Assembly (NCBI GenBank): GCA_964373175.1
Contig: CAYJTP010000002.1
Coordinates: 40,402 to 104,401, forward strand
Direction of reading: 5' to 3'
Source of the DNA: an uncultured Planctomycetales bacterium
GTDB lineage: Bacteria; Omnitrophota; Gorgyraeia; Aquiviventales; Aquiviventaceae
Length of the DNA stretch: 64,000 nt
The notes beneath the pieces are model-generated. The model did no database searches and was not told the DNA's origin. It saw only the letters and a program-made list of their open reading frames with translations. This document shows, one piece after another, positions 39,001-51,000 of the stretch. How positions within the stretch are numbered: position 1 is the stretch's first letter; each line of letters opens with the position of its first letter. Made by a program: the position numbers and the translations under genes.

Positions 39001-42000
39001 CAGCCAAGGCAGTCTCCAGTGTTATCCTCACGCGGTCCTTCCTTCGTGAGGCGGCGCAACGGTATGGCATGCCTCAGGGTGTCTTCTGGAAATCGATGTT
39101 GACATTCAGCCGCAACAAGGAGGTCGGTCTTCCGACTCTGCAGAAACCGGCTTCGCAAAAACTTCTGCCCCCCCACAATGACGGATCCGGCACCCTCTTT
39201 TTTGAGGCGGGCAGCGCGGTGCTGGTCGGTGGGGCTGCGATCGCGGTGCTGATGCTGTCATTGGGGCAACTGTTTGGCCTGACGGTGTTGGCCGGCTTGA
39301 TGGCGTTAGTCGCTTATCTTAGCAGTCTCACGGTGCATCAACGATACTTCGAGGGCCAATCCGAAGATCATCATCACCTGTGGCAGAACTTCTTGGTCAA
39401 CCGACGTTGGTTTGCGGGTGGGATGAGCCTCGTCTCAGCTAATCTGCCTGTGTTTGTGCTCCGGCAATTTGATGCGCCAGTGGAGTGGCTCAATATGTTG
39501 CCCTATGGGCTCGCGGGGATCTTCGTTGGCTACATGCTGTTTAGTCTGCTCCTGATCCCGCTTGTCCAAAGAGCCAAGCAGCTTGGGTTGACCGAGCGGT
39601 TTGCGGTGACGCTGCAAGATAAGCGCGGGATGCATGTCTTTCCGAACATCAAGATCTCTCAGCTTGTTAATCGCATGCTTCAAGAAACCCCATCCCTTGA
39701 GCGCATCGAGGTCGGCTTTGTGGGGTATCAAAAGACGCTTCGTGTTACGCGAGATGCCCCGTTGAAAGAAAATGACCTGACCATCTTGGCAAGCGAACTC
39801 CCCCAGGATACCCCGCAGAATGTCGTGCGATTCACCGTGGTGGGACACAGTCGTCGTAATCTTGAGCGTGTGAAGCGCCTTATCAAAGGTGGCTTCCAGC
39901 ACATCAACGAGCTGAGCCAGCCAAAGCCCTCTCCTGAAGTCCTCGATCCTGAGCGAACCTGGCAGCAACTCGTGGCGCAAGTGGAACACCTCACCCCAGC
40001 GCAGCGGCCTCAATTCATCGACACGCTCTACCAGGAGCTCATCCTGAATCGGCCCAGACACGCTGTGTCGTCCAAGACCCTTGCACTGGCGCGTCGCAAC
40101 GATACGCTCTTGAAGCGACTGCGAGAGACCGACAACCCTGCGCTTTGGACCGTGTACCAAGGCCTCGAGGACCGTTACGTCGAGCGCGTGAGGGCGTTTT
40201 TCACGCAACGGGTGCGGCCGCTGTCAGCGCAGCTTGATGCGTGGCGCGATTGGCCATCTGGGCCTGTGGCACGGCCGATGAAGGACTCGACCGATCCTGA
40301 GGTTCAAGAGATGTATGGGCGGTTGGTTGAGCTCTTCAAGGGTATTCACGAGACGAGCGTCATCCCACTTGACTTGCATCTGGAGCTGGCCAGGCAGGGA
40401 CTCCTCGGCCCTCAATATCCGCAGGAGTTTGGAGGACTGGGATTGTCAGAGCATGCCTGGGTGCGGCTGGCCGCCGAGAGCGCCAGACACAGCTCCGGGG
40501 TGACGGTCTCGCAGATCAACGTGAACACCGGGATTGTGCTTGACATTCTGAAGGATCAACCCGAGGAGATCAAGCGACAGCGGATGCCTCGCATCTTGAG
40601 AGGGAAAGTCTTCGGGGCGTTCCTCCTGAGTGAGAAAGACGCCGGCTCTCACAACGCCAATCTCAAGAGCCACGCCGAAGACGGCAAGGCGACTGGCGAC
40701 AACGTCTTCATCACCAACGGCATTGTGCTGCCGCCGAATTTCAAAGAGCTCTTGGAACTTGAGGAGGAGATTCTCCGCAAGGAACGAGAGGTCTGGCGTG
40801 GTGAGAAACCGGAGCTTGCCGAGTTGAAGGCGTACCTCGGACAAGTCCGCCGGACGTTTGGGGTCTATCGGGCCATGGAACATCTCGGGATCAAAGCGGC
40901 TTGGACGGTGCCGCGTGGGACGCAGCCTGCAGACGAAGGCATTTCTGCCCTGCTCATCATCCTGAAGGAGCCAGGCACGGTTCCCATCCGCCCAGGTGGA
41001 GGGGGCGACCACCTGCAGCTTGCAGAAGGCGTATTGGTGAAGGGTGAGGATACCGTTGGGCAGAAGGGCTCAGGGACAGCCAGCATGTTCTTCAAGGACG
41101 TTCCGGTCCGAACCGTGATCGGACGATTGGGTGAGTTCCTGAAGGCTCTCCAGAGCGGCCGAGGGACCGTGGGCGCCCACGCGCTTGGGCTCTCCGAAGA
41201 TGTGGAGGGTCTGCTCCGAGAAGCGATAGAGGCTGTCCGCACAGGCAAGCAGCAGGGCGTTGAACCGGATGTCCTGGCACAAGCCGAAGCGTTGTTGGAC
41301 GAGCTGCATTGGCAAAACCGTCTGATGCGGCGCTTCATTGAGGAGACGGCCCTGGCGAAGGACCACGGGGAGAATGTTGTGGTTCGGGCGGCATTGGCCA
41401 AGCTGTTTGCCTCGGAGATGGCTACACGGGCCGCAAGCGAGGCCTACCAGATGGCGCACAGTCTGAACGCCGATTCAGCGCTCATCAACCGACTGGACAT
41501 GCGCTTTCGCGATGCGAAGGTGATGGAGATCTACGAGGGCACGAATGAGATTCAACGGCTCTTCGTCATCACGCCATCGCTCTTGGAGAACACAGACCAG
41601 CAATATCAACACATCCTGGCCATGCTGCGGGAAGACCAGAAGCCAATCACATTCTTCCCGAAGGCACTCAAGGGACTCATCCATCTGCGCAACCAACTCC
41701 TCGACGCCTTTCGCCAAGATCTCCAGCATATCCTTCCTACCTGGGTCATGGCGCGCAGCCCTGAGGACACCGCCCCGACAGTGACGGTGAAGCAACTTGC
41801 GCCCTTTGTGTTGCCCGATGTCGAGATGCGCCTCCTGACACTCGTTGAGGCGTACCATGCCTACCGGGCTGCTACGAAAGACGAGGTTCCGCTCTGGGAA
41901 CGTCACCTCCGCTACCTCATCGAAGAGTTTCTCGGTTTCTTCGGAACAACATTCGCGAACCTTCCGCATGACGCGCAAACGCAACTTGAGGACAAGCTCC

Positions 42001-45000
42001 AAGCGGTGAAAGACACCATCCGGACTTGGCATGTCCAAGAGATCGCCCGATTGATCACGGCGTTCGATGAACCCAAGCGGCCGATGGTGCTGGTGATCGG
42101 TGGAGACGAGCTGTTGACCAGCCGATCAATCGCTGAGCACAAGCCACTGGTGATGCACCAACCAGTCCTTCAGCAGGTCATCCAACGGATGAAGAAAGGC
42201 GATACCATCCTGGTGGGCGGCTACGCGGCCAGCGGCTTCCAGACGGCGCTCGATCTTGGTACGCCGCAGTCCGATGAGTCGGTGGACGAATTCCTGGTGC
42301 GCAAAGAGCGCGAGCTTGCCCCTGGGTTTACTACAAGCGACCTCGGCAAGCTCAACCAGGCTCAATTTGAAGAGGCGAAGGTCGCCTATCGGTTGCTTGA
42401 TCTCGCCCGGCAGCGAGGGGTCGAGGTACGGGTGGCGCAGATCAGCTACACCGAACCAGGGACAGGGCGCTTCAAGTATCATCCGGACCTGCTGGTGGAC
42501 GATCAAGAGCGCTTCATTCACAAGCTCCGGCATGCAAAGACCATCCTCTGGATCGGCCAAGCATTGGGTCTCACAGAGACCGCGACCACGACTGAGATCA
42601 AGCGCATCGCAATGGAACAGGTTGAGAAACGACAGACCGCCATCTACGTCAACGAGAATCCTGACCACCTCGAGGCGGCCCTGCACTTCCTGAACAGCGG
42701 CGGGTCGTTGCCTGAACGCTACCAGGCCCTTGAGCCAGAGGTGCTCAAACTCCTCCGCGGAGAGCCTGCTCAAACCAGAGAAGCGCCTGACACTTCAAAG
42801 ATAGCTCAACTGGCGGTGCTTGGACAGGTTCCAGCCGTTGATCATGCCAGTCGGGATACCTCACAACTAGCGGAATGGGTGCGCAAACATCGAGTTGGCC
42901 GTGTGACCATCAACCCGAACTGGGTTCGAGACGCCATTGTCAGTGGGTCCTACGACGACCTGATCCAGGATGGTCTTGCCAAGGACTATTCGGCACAACA
43001 GATCTACCGGGAAATCGTGGCTAATCTCGTGACTCGTACAGCTAATGTCCTCAGAGAACAGCATAAGGAAAGTCAGGGCCGGGATGGCATGGTGAGCATC
43101 CAGGTGAGCCCTGAAGCCTATCGTTCGGCTGAAGAGATCCTTGAAGAAGCACGGTGGATTTATGAACACACGCCAGAAAATGTGGACATCAAAATCCCTG
43201 CGACCCCCGAAGGCCTCAAGGCCATTGAGCAGGCTGTGGCTGAAGGCATTCGGGTGAATGTGACAAATCTGTTTCCAGATGTGACCTATGACACTGACCG
43301 TGATAAATTCCACGCCGAACAGTATGAGGCTGTGGTTGAAGCGTACCTGAAAGGGTTGGAGCGGTACGTTGAGCGCGTCCGGAGCCAGATGGCTCCTAAG
43401 CAGTTGCAAAGGCATCTTAGCCGGTTAGGTTCAGTCATCAGTATTTGGCTTCGCATGATTGACGACCTTGCGGATTCTCATCTTCCCGTCGAGTGGCGTG
43501 GAAAATTGAGCATCGCACAGGCGAAGGTGCTCTATGAACTTCATGAACGGCTCTTTCAGTCGGAGCGATTTCAACGCCTGGCGGTCCTCGGCGCAAGACC
43601 ACCCCGTCTCTTATGGGCCAATACCCGTGTCAAACCCGAGGTTCATTTTGTCCGATGGCACGGCCAAACTGGCTTTGATGAAACCCGAGAGTACTTCCAC
43701 TACATCGAACCACTCATCGGTCCAGACACGTTATCGACCATGCTTCCTGACACCCTTGAGCGCTACGCTCTCAACGGAGATCCGCAACCGCGGCTACGGC
43801 TTGGGGTAAATGAGGCAAAGCGCGCTGTCAAGGCCATTGCGCAACTCCTAGAGCGTGCAGGGACGAGTGCGCGAGAGATCCATGAGCGTGCAGTGCAAGA
43901 GAGCTTGGTAGCCTTTGGACATGCCGCGCAGCAATCTGTTGAGTATATTCAGCTCTATGAGTTAAGGCCAGCCATCAAAGATGTGATACTCGCGATTGAT
44001 CATCGGCTCAGTGACCAGGGTGGATTGGTGGCGATTGATGGGCCGTCTGCGGGCAGGAAAAACACGTTGGCGAAAGGGGTAGAAGGTCAGTATGAGAAAA
44101 CCCATCCTGGCCGCAGGATCGTTGTGCTAGACCTCGATGAATTGTATGTGTCGCGAGAGCGAAGACAAGCCATTATCAAACGGCTCATAGGAGACCAACT
44201 GACAGAAGCGGAGGAACAGCTGCTCACGGAGCACGACCGTGCGACGATGGAGCCAGGCAAAGACTACCTGCACGAAGAAGAGGTCGTTTGGAAGAACGAT
44301 ACGATCCTCGAGGTGTTGCAGCGGATTCACGCCTTTCTCAAGGCGGGCCATCCAGAAAACGCGGAGCTTTCTTTCAACATTGATGCGTACGATCACAGCA
44401 TTCGACAAACTCACCCGAAGCCTTACACGATCAAACGCGGGGACATCGTGTTGGTCATAGGGAAGTTCGCCAGCCGCGAGCCGCTTGCCCAGTTGTATGA
44501 TCTCAAGGTTCGAGTGCTTGATCATCTCAAGAGCGCCAGGCAGCGCTATGAAGCTCGAGAACGGCAACGGAGAACGTCCGAGGAAGCCGATCGCCTGATG
44601 AAGTTTTACGACTCAGCCCTTGTGCCGAGCTGGGAAGCCTACGACACACGGACCCGGAACCTCATTGACCTCGTTGTTGATCTCGGTAACGCCACAACCG
44701 CCTGGAAAGGCCCGACCAGTCCTCGAGCGCCTCCTGGAGCCCAGTCTTTCGCGAGCCTCTTGAGTGTCCTCGCAAACCCGCTCGTCTTTCTCACCACCTC
44801 ACTGGCGCTGGTCGTGGCGGCATGCACAAAGCCGACGGTGAAAGACTCCCTGGCGAGCCGAGCGCCTCTGGTCCTGACGGCTAGCGACTCTGCTCGCATC
44901 GCGCAGTTGATTGGGCAGTCCCGCGCCACCTATCTGTCTAGAGATTTCAAGGCCGCCTTGAAATTGTTCGAGCAATTGCAATTGCTCGCGCCGAATTTTG

Positions 45001-48000
45001 ACATGTACTACAACACGGGCCTGACCAGATTTCTGCTCGGCCAGCTTGAGCAGGACTCAGGTCGAGCCAAGCCCGCCCACGAGTACTACGAACGCTCCAT
45101 CGCGGATTTTGACACCTCGATTGCCCTCAAGCCAACCTTGGAAGCGTATTACCATCGGGGCCTGGCGTTCTACAACGTGCAGCAGGAAGAGAACGCCATT
45201 GAGGATTTCAAGCAGGCCCTGGCCTTTGAGGAGGCCTCCAGGCTTCCTCCGGGATCGCAGGCAGAGCTCCTGCGTGCCTTAAGCGCCGCGTACGTGGCTC
45301 ATCGCGACTACCAGGCGGCCCTCCTCTACAGCCACCAGTCGCTTGCCCTCAAGCCAACGTTGGAGGGTTATTACTACCGAGGGCTGGCGTTCTACGGTCT
45401 TGGCCAAGAAAGCGATGCACGGGCTGACGAGGCTGTCGATTCGGTTGAGCAAGACGCGGCGTTGCAGGAGGCCTATCAGTCTTATCTGGATGCTGCCGTG
45501 GATCTTGAGGAGGCGCTGGCCTCGGAGGAATTCTCGTTGTTAAGCCCGCGCACGCAAGCTGAGCTGCATCGAGCCCTTGGCGCGACCTCTTTTGCGCTTG
45601 CCGAGTATGGTGAGGCGATCAAGCAGTATGACGAAGCGCTTCGTCTTGATCCTGACAACGCTGAGCTGTACATCAGACGTGCTGAGAGTTATGCCCTTTC
45701 CGGATCGACGTGGTTTGCCATCCAGGATTTCAAGGAAGCGATTAAGCGAGGCGCAGAGCAAGCGGTCAAGGCCTCCCTCGCTAAACTCCGCAGGCTCGGG
45801 ATCGAGATTATCATCCCGATGATCCTCGCGCCGGTGGTCGGCCTCCTCGCCTGGGCGGCGCACCTGTTTGGGCTTGGTGGCGCGGAGCAGACGGCAGGGT
45901 TTGTGCTCAGCATGGCGATACCGATGAGCGTGCCAATCGCGAACGCGATTCGCGCAAGGTGGATCGATGTGCTTCCCGATCATGTGCGTTTTGGCAAGGG
46001 ACCGATTATTGACCAAGCCATTCGCGCGGCGTTCGCTCATGCGATCCAAAATCCTGAGCAAGATGCCGAAGGCGCCATTGTTGACACTGCACAAGCGCTC
46101 GCGGAGGACTTATTACCACCAGGCGCACAGGACAGCTACACCGCGCTCATCCAGCGCGCGCAACACCTGACAAGCGATCCAAGGAAGCTCGTGGTTCTCC
46201 TGCGACAGCCGCTTCTTGAGGCACAAGAGCTTAAGCTCCAGTTCACAAATGGCCGCGATCAGTCCATGCGCTTTTTTTATCGCTTTGATCTCAAAGAGCT
46301 AATTGGACAGCGGAGGAATGGAGATCGGCATCCCCAGAAGAAGCCGATGGGACCAGCAGCCACGGCCAAAGCGGAGCAAATCGCCGTCGCGCTCTGGGAA
46401 CTTCGCGATGAGGTCAAAGCTGGTTTGCTGGATTTTCCACGGTTTAGAAAGTACTTGGTCGTGCATGAACTGCGCAAACGCAAAGGCCAGCAGTTTCTCT
46501 CTCCTTGGACATTAAGTGTTTATCCCCGGCACTCCCAAGCCGTCCAAGAGGCCTTACGAGAGCTGAAGCGTGCGATCGAGGAGCGCCAGGAGCAAAAACG
46601 CCAAGCGGGGCAACTCGTCTACGACTACGTCCACGCGGAGCGGGCTGCCAAAGTGATTGATGAACAGCTCACGCAACTTGAGCAACAACTCGATCGTGGA
46701 GAAAAGCCACGCTACAAAGTCTCAGAGGAAACATTCTCCGGACACATCGATCTCTCCCGCCAAACGCTGGCCAAGCACCTCACGTGGAATCCGGTGTTTC
46801 GTACAAGGTTTGAGTCTTTGCAAGAGAAGACAAAGGATTTCCGCGATTACCTCTCGAAGGTCCTTCAGCGTCTCGCTTCGGAATATCCCGGCCGCTGGTG
46901 GACAGTCAAGAAAATCCGCCAACACGCCCAGATGACTGAGGTCGCTCACGATAAGACGTATCATGATTTGGAGCAGCTTGCCAAAGATCCGTCCTCAGGT
47001 GTGAAAAAGGAACCCAGAGCGAGCCGCAGTCCCTATAAACCCAATCGCTATCGCTTCGTCTCTCAAGGCACAGTCGTCCTTGCGATCCTCCTGCCGCTCC
47101 TCGGCGGCCTGGCCTATCCTCTGCACCTGATTGCGGGGGCAGGCGATGCGTTGCTCAGTGCGGTGTTGCTTGGTGGATTTGCTGGTTTTCTCGGTGTGAC
47201 TGTCTCACTCAAGCAACTGTCGGCGATTTTGCGAGACACCCTGAGAGAAGGATCAGACAAGCTCGTCACCCTCTACTGGTTAGCGAAAACTGAACTGGCC
47301 CTGGGCCATCTCGAGGAAGCCTATACCCGGTCCGCCTCCGGATTGGCCCAGGCCGTTGTCGCCCAGCAAACACTCAAGCTCACTGGTCGGGAACGCGAGG
47401 GTGAGCTGGCAGAGCTGGACAGACAGATCGCTGATCTGGTCGATCTCCACGCCAAGGTCCTCTTGAAACGAAGACACCACGACGATGTGGATCGCGCGAT
47501 CGCCATCTTATCCCAGGCGGTGAAGGACCACCCCGAGGCCTTCTTCCTCCGGATCACCCTCGCGAAGGCCTACGAAACCAAGACCAACACCCCAGGTCTC
47601 CACGAGAGCGACCGCCGCTTTGCCTTGAAGCAAGCGGAGGCGACAATCCGCAAGGCCGTTAAGGACCTCTCGACGTCCCCACAGTATTCCAGGATCGCTG
47701 AATCTTACGCGAACCTCCCCGCCTGGCAGGACCGAATTGATGAGGCGATTCACGTGCTGAGTGCCGGTGGGCGCCATGTGAAACGGCAGTTTCGAGGAAA
47801 TCGGTTGATCCAGCAATTGTTCTCTCACCTCGTCAGGCTTCGGGATGGCACACGGCGTTCGGGTAAGGCCGAGACAATCCTCAAGCTTGCCGTCGGATTC
47901 CTCAGCCTCAGACTCCTTGATTTGACCGTGCAAGCCCTCAGCCACGGTGCCTCTAAGAACATGGTATCTGATACCATTTCCCAGGCGACTCTCTTCAGGC

Positions 48001-51000
48001 TTGACACCCCTGACATCAACCTGACGCTTCTTGGGCTTCTCCTCACCGGGGCCGTGGTCCTCTGGTCGCTCTATCATTGGCTTGCCACGCGCTTCCATGC
48101 GCCGCCAGAAGCCGCTCCATTGAGTCGCTGGAGCGTCCCCGCCTCTGATCGATTTGCCCTCCTTAGTGGTGTGGTCAGCTTGCCGATGATGGCCACATTG
48201 CTGCCCTCCAAAGATCCTGACAGCAAGTTGGCTCGGGATGCAGAGGATTTACGTGAACAAGGCTGGACGGCTGAGCTCGTTCGGAGCGATCTGACCACGC
48301 AGCAGCTTCAGCACACCATGGACGCCATCTTGGATGGATTAGTGTTTTCCCCACATGATCGGCCGCTCGGCCTTCCGGCCTGGCTTGGTGAACAAGGGAT
48401 CGCCGACTCCTCGAGCCGCTTACCTCGAGCATGGGTCGAGATGGTCATTGGCGAGTTGCTCTGGAATTGGCAGAGGCAGCCTGCCAGTAGTCCGTCCTCA
48501 GGCGTCGCCAGACCTCTCTTGGTCGCCTACCGACGAGGCCACATCGTGAGCGAAGAGACCATCGAGCTCATCGCGCGAAACCTTGTGGAGGAGATCCCGA
48601 ACATCCGCGAGGCGGTGAGGCCTACTGAGGCTCAGCCTGTGACGGAACGCGGCCAATGGCTTCAGCGCATGATCGCCATCGTGGTGGGGATGTTGGATGG
48701 GGAGGTGGTCATTCGATCGCATGGCAAAAAGTCTCACTTCTTCCTGCCGCAAGGAGGCGTGGGCAGTTACACCCAGCTGCTCGAGGCGAGCACGTCCTTT
48801 GACTCCTATGTGACCAAGGGCACCTCCATCTCCATCAGAATCCCGACCGCCGCGTGGTCGGCAGATGCATCGGGGCGAGCGCTCAGACAGGGCAAGCGGC
48901 TCATGAGGAAGCGACGGTTTGCCGAGGCTGCCGCGGTCTTTGCCAACGTCCTGAACCGAACGCCAACGCACCTGGGTGCACTCCACTGGTTGGCGAAAGC
49001 CGAACTCATGCAAGGGCATCTTATAGCGGCTTTGGCGCGGCCGCTGTACGGAATCGCCCAGGCCATGATGAGCCGCTCGACCCTGCACACAGAAGATCAT
49101 GTGCACGAGCTTGCGAAGCTGGATGCCCAGACTGCTGATCTGGTGGATACCTACGCTCGTGTGCTCATGGCGCGACGGCATCCTGGCGAGGTGGATCGCG
49201 CTATCGCCGTCTTAACGGCGGCGGTCCAGGAGCAGCCGCACGCGTTCTTCCTGCGGATTACCCTGGCCAAGGCCTACGAAGCCAAAGCCGTCATCCCCGA
49301 CCTCCATGAAAACGAGCGACGCTTTGCCTTGAAGCAAGCCGTCGCCATCACCCAGCAAGCGCTTGCGGACTTCTCCGCGCATCCGAAAGTCCGCCTGATC
49401 GCAGCGTACGACGCCGGGCTGTTGTCCCGCCAGGGCCGCATCGAGGAGGCCATCCGCGTGCTCAGCGATGATGAGGGACGCCACGTGAAGCGGGAGTTCC
49501 ACGAGGATCAAGTCATCCGTCGGCTCTTGGACAAACTGGCGGCAAGCCGCTTGGCTGTTGGGGTGACACCGTGGGCGCTCTCGCAAGCCCCGGCGGAGCT
49601 CTTCTGGTCGGTGGTAGCACTCGGGGCGATCGGGCGCGTGGTGTTCTCGCTGCGGCGGTGGCTCGCGGAACGCTTCCACCGCGCACCGCAACCCGATACC
49701 GAGGCGCAGAAGTTGCTTGAGGAGGCGCGATCACGACATCAGAAGAGAGACTTTGCCGGCGCCGCCCACGGGTATCGGGAGTTTGGTCATCACCTCAAAG
49801 TGCGGGACGGTCTGGCGAAGACGGAACTTGAACGCGGTCATGACTTGGATGCGATCGCGCTCGCCAGAGAGACCCTCGCGTTGGAGCAGCGACTTCTCGA
49901 GACGGAGCACTATCTCGAGCGGGTGTTAGCGGCTGAGCAGATGCCGTTCACCCTGGAGGTCTTGATCGATGCGCTCATCGCGCAGAGGAACCATGCCGAA
50001 GCGCTCACGGTCGCTTCCAACGGCATTCGCGATTTTCCGGACAACCCGCGTCTTCGCGTGAAGCAGGTGAAGGTGTACTACAGTGCCAACGACTACGAGC
50101 TGGGAATCGCCATCGCGCGCGAGGCCCTTCAAGACCCCACGTTCGAGGAGAATCCGCATCTTCACGAAGTGCTCGCGGCTGGGCTGCGGCACCTCAAGCG
50201 GGCGAAGGAAGCCAAGCACGTCATGAGTTTTGATGGCCGCACCCTCAAACCGTGGCTGCGTGGCCATAAATCCGTCTATCCCACCTTTGCTGCCATCCTG
50301 GGCGCCGATGGCCACCCGTGGGAGGGGATTGACCAGTTGATGATCAATCGGCAGGTCATCAAGCGCGAGCTTCGCGACCACCCGGCTGTCTACCCGACCC
50401 TGGCAACCCTGTGGGGTCGCGTGGGTCAGTTTGACACGGGGATTGCGCTGCTGAGCCCGGATGGTGGCCGCACAGTCCAACCAAAACTCAGCGACCATCC
50501 GGCTTCGTGGACCGCACTCGTGGAGTTACTGGAGCATAGCGGGCGGCACGCTGACGCCCTGACCCTTGCGCGCGAAGCCAAGAAGAAGTTTCCAAGAAAT
50601 CCCGTTGTCCGTCGCACGCTGCAGCACATCGAGGCCTCCTTTTACCGCCCGGGTGGTCGGGGAAGACCAGACCTCCCGATCATCAGCGCCTGGCTGGTTG
50701 TCCTAGGGCTTGGATGGTTCCTGGACCGATTCCTGGATGTGGGGACCTCATTCTCAGAAGCTGCGGTGTTTGGAGATCTCTTCTGGCCAGCGCTGGTTCT
50801 CCTCGGGGTAGTCGCAGCGGCGTACCAGCATCGAGCGCTCAGTCCTCGAACCGCTCGTCGGCTCCGTGAGGCCATCGCCTATTTCAATCAGCAAATCAGA
50901 AACAAAGTCTTACGACTAAGACAACTCACCGAAGCGGATGTTGCCGGAAAGGCCGATGTGAGCCATACGACCATCTATTGGGCCCTCAAGATCACTGACC

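Noticed and set aside
48300-48850. A second HATPase-like segment between TPR-like copies A and B ('VIGELLWNWQ', 'GTSISIRIP').
   Set aside because: Only the N-box-like and C-terminal strand patterns are visible, with no clear G1/G2 boxes. This is too weak to call without a profile search.
1344-50498. Many long minus-strand ORFs in the track (e.g. 5550-6377, 7029-8003, 29790-30536, 30819-31712, 39435-40208, 42126-42773).
   Set aside because: Their translations are Arg/Leu/Pro/Gly-rich with no recognisable motifs, and they lie antisense to clearly coding + strand domains. This is typical shadow-ORF behaviour in GC-rich coding sequence. Only the minus ORFs at 51.5-53.6 kb look like real proteins.
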